Shown here piece after piece: positions 59,301 to 62,000 of a stretch of DNA of 62,000 nt; the stretch's first letter is position 1, and the number at the start of each line of letters is the position of its first letter. The notes beneath the pieces are model-generated. The model had not been told where the DNA came from. It saw only the letters and a program-made list of their open reading frames with translations, and made no database searches. Origin of the DNA: Acanthaster planci (Eukaryota); contig NW_019091404.1 in assembly GCF_001949145.1 (NCBI RefSeq), positions 2,232,001-2,294,000 of the forward strand, written 5' to 3'. Made by a program: the position numbers and the translations under genes.

Positions 59301-61980
59301 TTCAAGAACATTGGATTTTTTAATGACAGATAGATTGCACATCCCAAATTTCCCAAAGAGGGATTCCTGTGCACTTTAACTTCCATGGTTCCTGACTCCC
59401 TTAGCCAATCTTGCACGCTCATCCAAAGTGTCACTGTGGATATCAGGGATCTGGGCAGGGATATAATATTAAAGTTATATTCATCTCTTAATGAAGGATT
59501 GTAAAGTGATTTAGAAGTTTGCCAGAACAGTTTTGTTTCACATTGATTGAGATTGATGAGTCTTTTAATAACTGTACCAAGACTGTTTAAGAAATTAAAA
59601 CATCAAATAAAGGATTGAAATTATCTTTTTCCAACAGTGAACCAAGCCCGATGGACACAGAAGCTTCATTTGACACACCACCCCCTGTTGAGTCGCCCTC
59701 TGTTTACCCCAGCCTTAATGACCTAATGTCCCAACCCTCTGTGCAGGCTTCTCTAACCCTTGCACAGCCCTCCCCACCCCTTGGGAAACCTTCCCCACTG
59801 TCGGGGCAAGCATCCCCACCCATGGGGCAAGCATCCCCACCCCTTGAGCAGAGTTCCACCAGCCCTGAGCAAAGCACCACGTCAGACCAACCCACTCCAC
59901 CTGGACTTCAATCCCTCACCCAGCAGTCAGCTGACTTCCCGAATGCAGCCACCACCCAAGGGGGATTTGATGTATCGCTAGACGTGTCACCCAGTGTACG
60001 AACAAGTCCCCCTACAGAGAAATTTGAAATCACATCGGGAACAGGAATGTTAGTTGATGATGAGATCACATTTAATTTTGGAACACTCAAGAATTTGGAG
60101 GGAGAAATGGATATGGAAGATCTAGCAACAACTGAGGAAGGTAAAAATAAATAGTGATCACACTTAACTTTTATTCTGGGAACAAGTTGAAGAGTATTTA
60201 AATTTGTGGTTCAGTCTGGCCCAGTTTGTCGAGTGTTTCCTTTTTTTTGTCAGAATCTCCAGAGAAGTCGCAGTATCAGATGTCATTTGCTGCTGATTTT
60301 AATGTGGAAGATGAGGATGTAGGTGAAATGGCAGATGAACAAGAGGATTTGGAAGACGCAGAAGAAGAACAGGAAGATGAGGAACTCAGACCATTAACAA
60401 AAAGTGATCTGATCCCCTCACCACGCCCGCCATTGAGACGCATGGCCCCTGACACAGCCACGCCCCGCTCCATACCCACAACTTCTCACTTCACTCCGTC
60501 GCTGCTGCTTTTGAGACAGCCCAGCCCATCGCCCCCTCTAACTCAGAAGGAGGAGGACGATTTTGTCACTCCTCAACAGACTCCGGAGAAACCAGATGCA
60601 GGGATGGAGTTCCCTTCCCCCTCGCCTCCTTTGCCTACCACTGAGGAGGGAAGGGAATCCTTGTCCAATTTTTCTGAAGATGCTGGAGAGGACTCTGAGG
60701 AGAAACTTGGGGCAGAGTCTGTTGAAATCCAGACCTCGCCCATGGACCTAATCGCCTCGACGGAACACCAGGAGATGTCGGTGCAGACCACTCCCGGGCT
60801 GGCCCTGCGACAGGGTGGGGCCACTCCAGTCAGGGTCCCATTTGAGGCGTCACTAGTGTCCTCCCTCCTCCAGCAGGAGCCCATGACTCCGCCCACCAGT
60901 GGGGAGGAGACGGCTGCGGAGTCTTCATCGTCGGAGCAAGTTGCCAGCCAAGACGAGGGACAAACAGTACCAGGTAATTGGACGCCCGTTGACTGTTTGT
61001 CCTGGGCAGTTACTTGATCCGATTCAAATTGTCTCCTTGCAATGTAAGCTTGCCTACAAGGTAGCTTTTTCTTCATAGCAACAGCATCAGGTAGGATTGG
61101 CATAATGGTGTGCGCACACTAGTTTGTTTCCCAATTGGTGCACAGAATTAAGTTTATCTGACACCTGTGGAGTCTTTGAACATGGTGCACTGCAATGCGT
61201 GTATTGGCAGGCTCAGCATTTCTTGTAACAGCATTGTTAAAAATTCATTTATGTGTCTAGGTACCCAGCCTTCTGAGGAGATGGATGTTGCCATGGAAAC
61301 CTTGGAGGCGGAGGAGGTTCAAATAAAAAAAGAGCCCGTGCAAAAGAAACGAGGTAGGTAGAGCGGGTGACTGAAAATTTCATTTAGTGATGAATTTGTA
61401 TTTGGTTTGCTGCGCAAACCTCATTCAGAAATTTGTTCAGACTTCCAACACAAAAGTGCAGCCATGGTATCCATTTAGAATTGCCGTCTCTGCAGTGCTT
61501 CATTCGGAGTTATACTCAACTTGTGGTCCTTGCATTTTTAGTTGAGAGTTTTTCATTTCAGTATTTTCCTCTTTTATTCCCAGGGCGAAAGAGCACTCAA
61601 TCCACTCCAGCCCTGTCCTTCATTTTCTCCCCACCCCACACCCGTTCCCGGACGGGCACACGACGCCACACCCAGAAGATCATACAGGAGGTCATGACCC
61701 CTTTGGCTCGCCCCATGACCCAAACTCCCCTCCTACCCACGGTGGGGCCCACTCCCAGCTTAGATCTGACTTCCTCCAGCATCGGAGGCAGTGCTCAAAG
61801 CAGGGGTGCCACTCCTAGCTCAGCCCCGGGAACCACAAGAAGGGGAAGGAGGAGCCACACGCCAAAACTAGACACCTCGGAAACAACAGGGAGCACCCGC
61901 GTTACACGCAGGAGTGTCACCCCTGTGGTGAAGTCTGAGCAGAAGGCTAAGTCAGCGGAACTGGGGGGACCAGTTACAAG
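47312..61980 (+). CDS. AHCTF1: Protein ELYS / AT-hook-containing transcription factor 1 (nucleoporin, MEL-28 orthologue); 3'-partial
   Basis: Phase-consistent exons: 47312-47435, 47943-48081, 48252-48369, 48568-48838, 49284-49464, 49581-49706, 50082-50166, 50591-50756, 51143-51284, 51400-51487, 51688-51843, 52086-52217, 52613-52703, 52882-52968, 53111-53251, 53571-53675, 54161-54257, 54568-54697, 54868-54987, 55183-55284, 55434-55624, 55828-55922, 56071-56255, 56570-56717, 56867-57014, 57143-57229, 57617-57760, 58165-58237, 58416-58545, 58676-58732, 59189-59294, 59638-60140, 60254-60973, 61261-61353, 61584-61980 (~1890 aa). Diagnostic beta-propeller motifs are [34 protein letters not shown] and [15 protein letters not shown]. 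Helical-domain motifs are [24 protein letters not shown] and [16 protein letters not shown], followed by RPKPLS and a disordered S/T/P/E tail. The gene continues past 62000. Confidence 0.96.
50183..50276. repeat. 46-bp perfect tandem duplication in an ELYS intron
   Basis: TTGTCCAGTAATATATTCATGTATCTTTGTTTACAACTCCAAAAAA occurs at 50185 and 50231. Confidence 0.95.
57268..57505 (-). mobile_element. SINE remnant, antisense to ELYS
   Basis: On the minus strand: GGTTGGTGTAGTGGTT (A-box-like) and GGTTTGATTCC (B-box-like), followed by a GGGTTTT-type SINE body. Confidence 0.55.
58933..59050. mobile_element. Small palindromic MITE (Harbinger-like ends)
   Basis: Ends GGCTGCTTCCGAA / TTGGACACGGCC and an inner inverted pair CTAGAGCTAGGTCTA / TAGACCTAGCCGTAG. 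Confidence 0.5.
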
Positions 61981-62000
61981 GTTGGTAGCAGATTTAGACC

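Overview
Eukaryotic, intron-rich animal genomic DNA. It is AT-rich and MITE-laden and looks like an invertebrate deuterostome such as an echinoderm; the taxon is inference only. I reconstructed three spliced protein-coding genes by hand from GT-AG sites and reading-frame phase. (1) + strand, <1-2143: the 3' part of an unrecognised coiled-coil, Ser/Arg-rich protein. (2) - strand, 45191->8138: a complete AFAP1-family (AFAP1L1/L2-like) adaptor with two PH domains and a coiled coil, about 21 coding exons and 927 aa, a 16-kb first intron and a ~3.6-kb 3' UTR. (3) + strand, 47312->past the window end: the nucleoporin ELYS/AHCTF1, with 35 exons and about 1890 aa in view, arranged head-to-head with gene 2. 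The introns hold many non-autonomous DNA transposons (hAT-type with perfect 8-bp TSDs, piggyBac-type with TTAA, fold-back MITEs), SINE fragments, minisatellites and two N gaps. The most unusual signal is a very high density of TA-delimited palindromes (TACATGTA, TACCGGTA, TAGGCCTA, TACAGTA), often chained through shared TA dinucleotides in the big intron, which resemble stacked Tc1/mariner excision footprints. I found no prokaryote-type system (CRISPR, operon) and no clearly novel multi-gene system.
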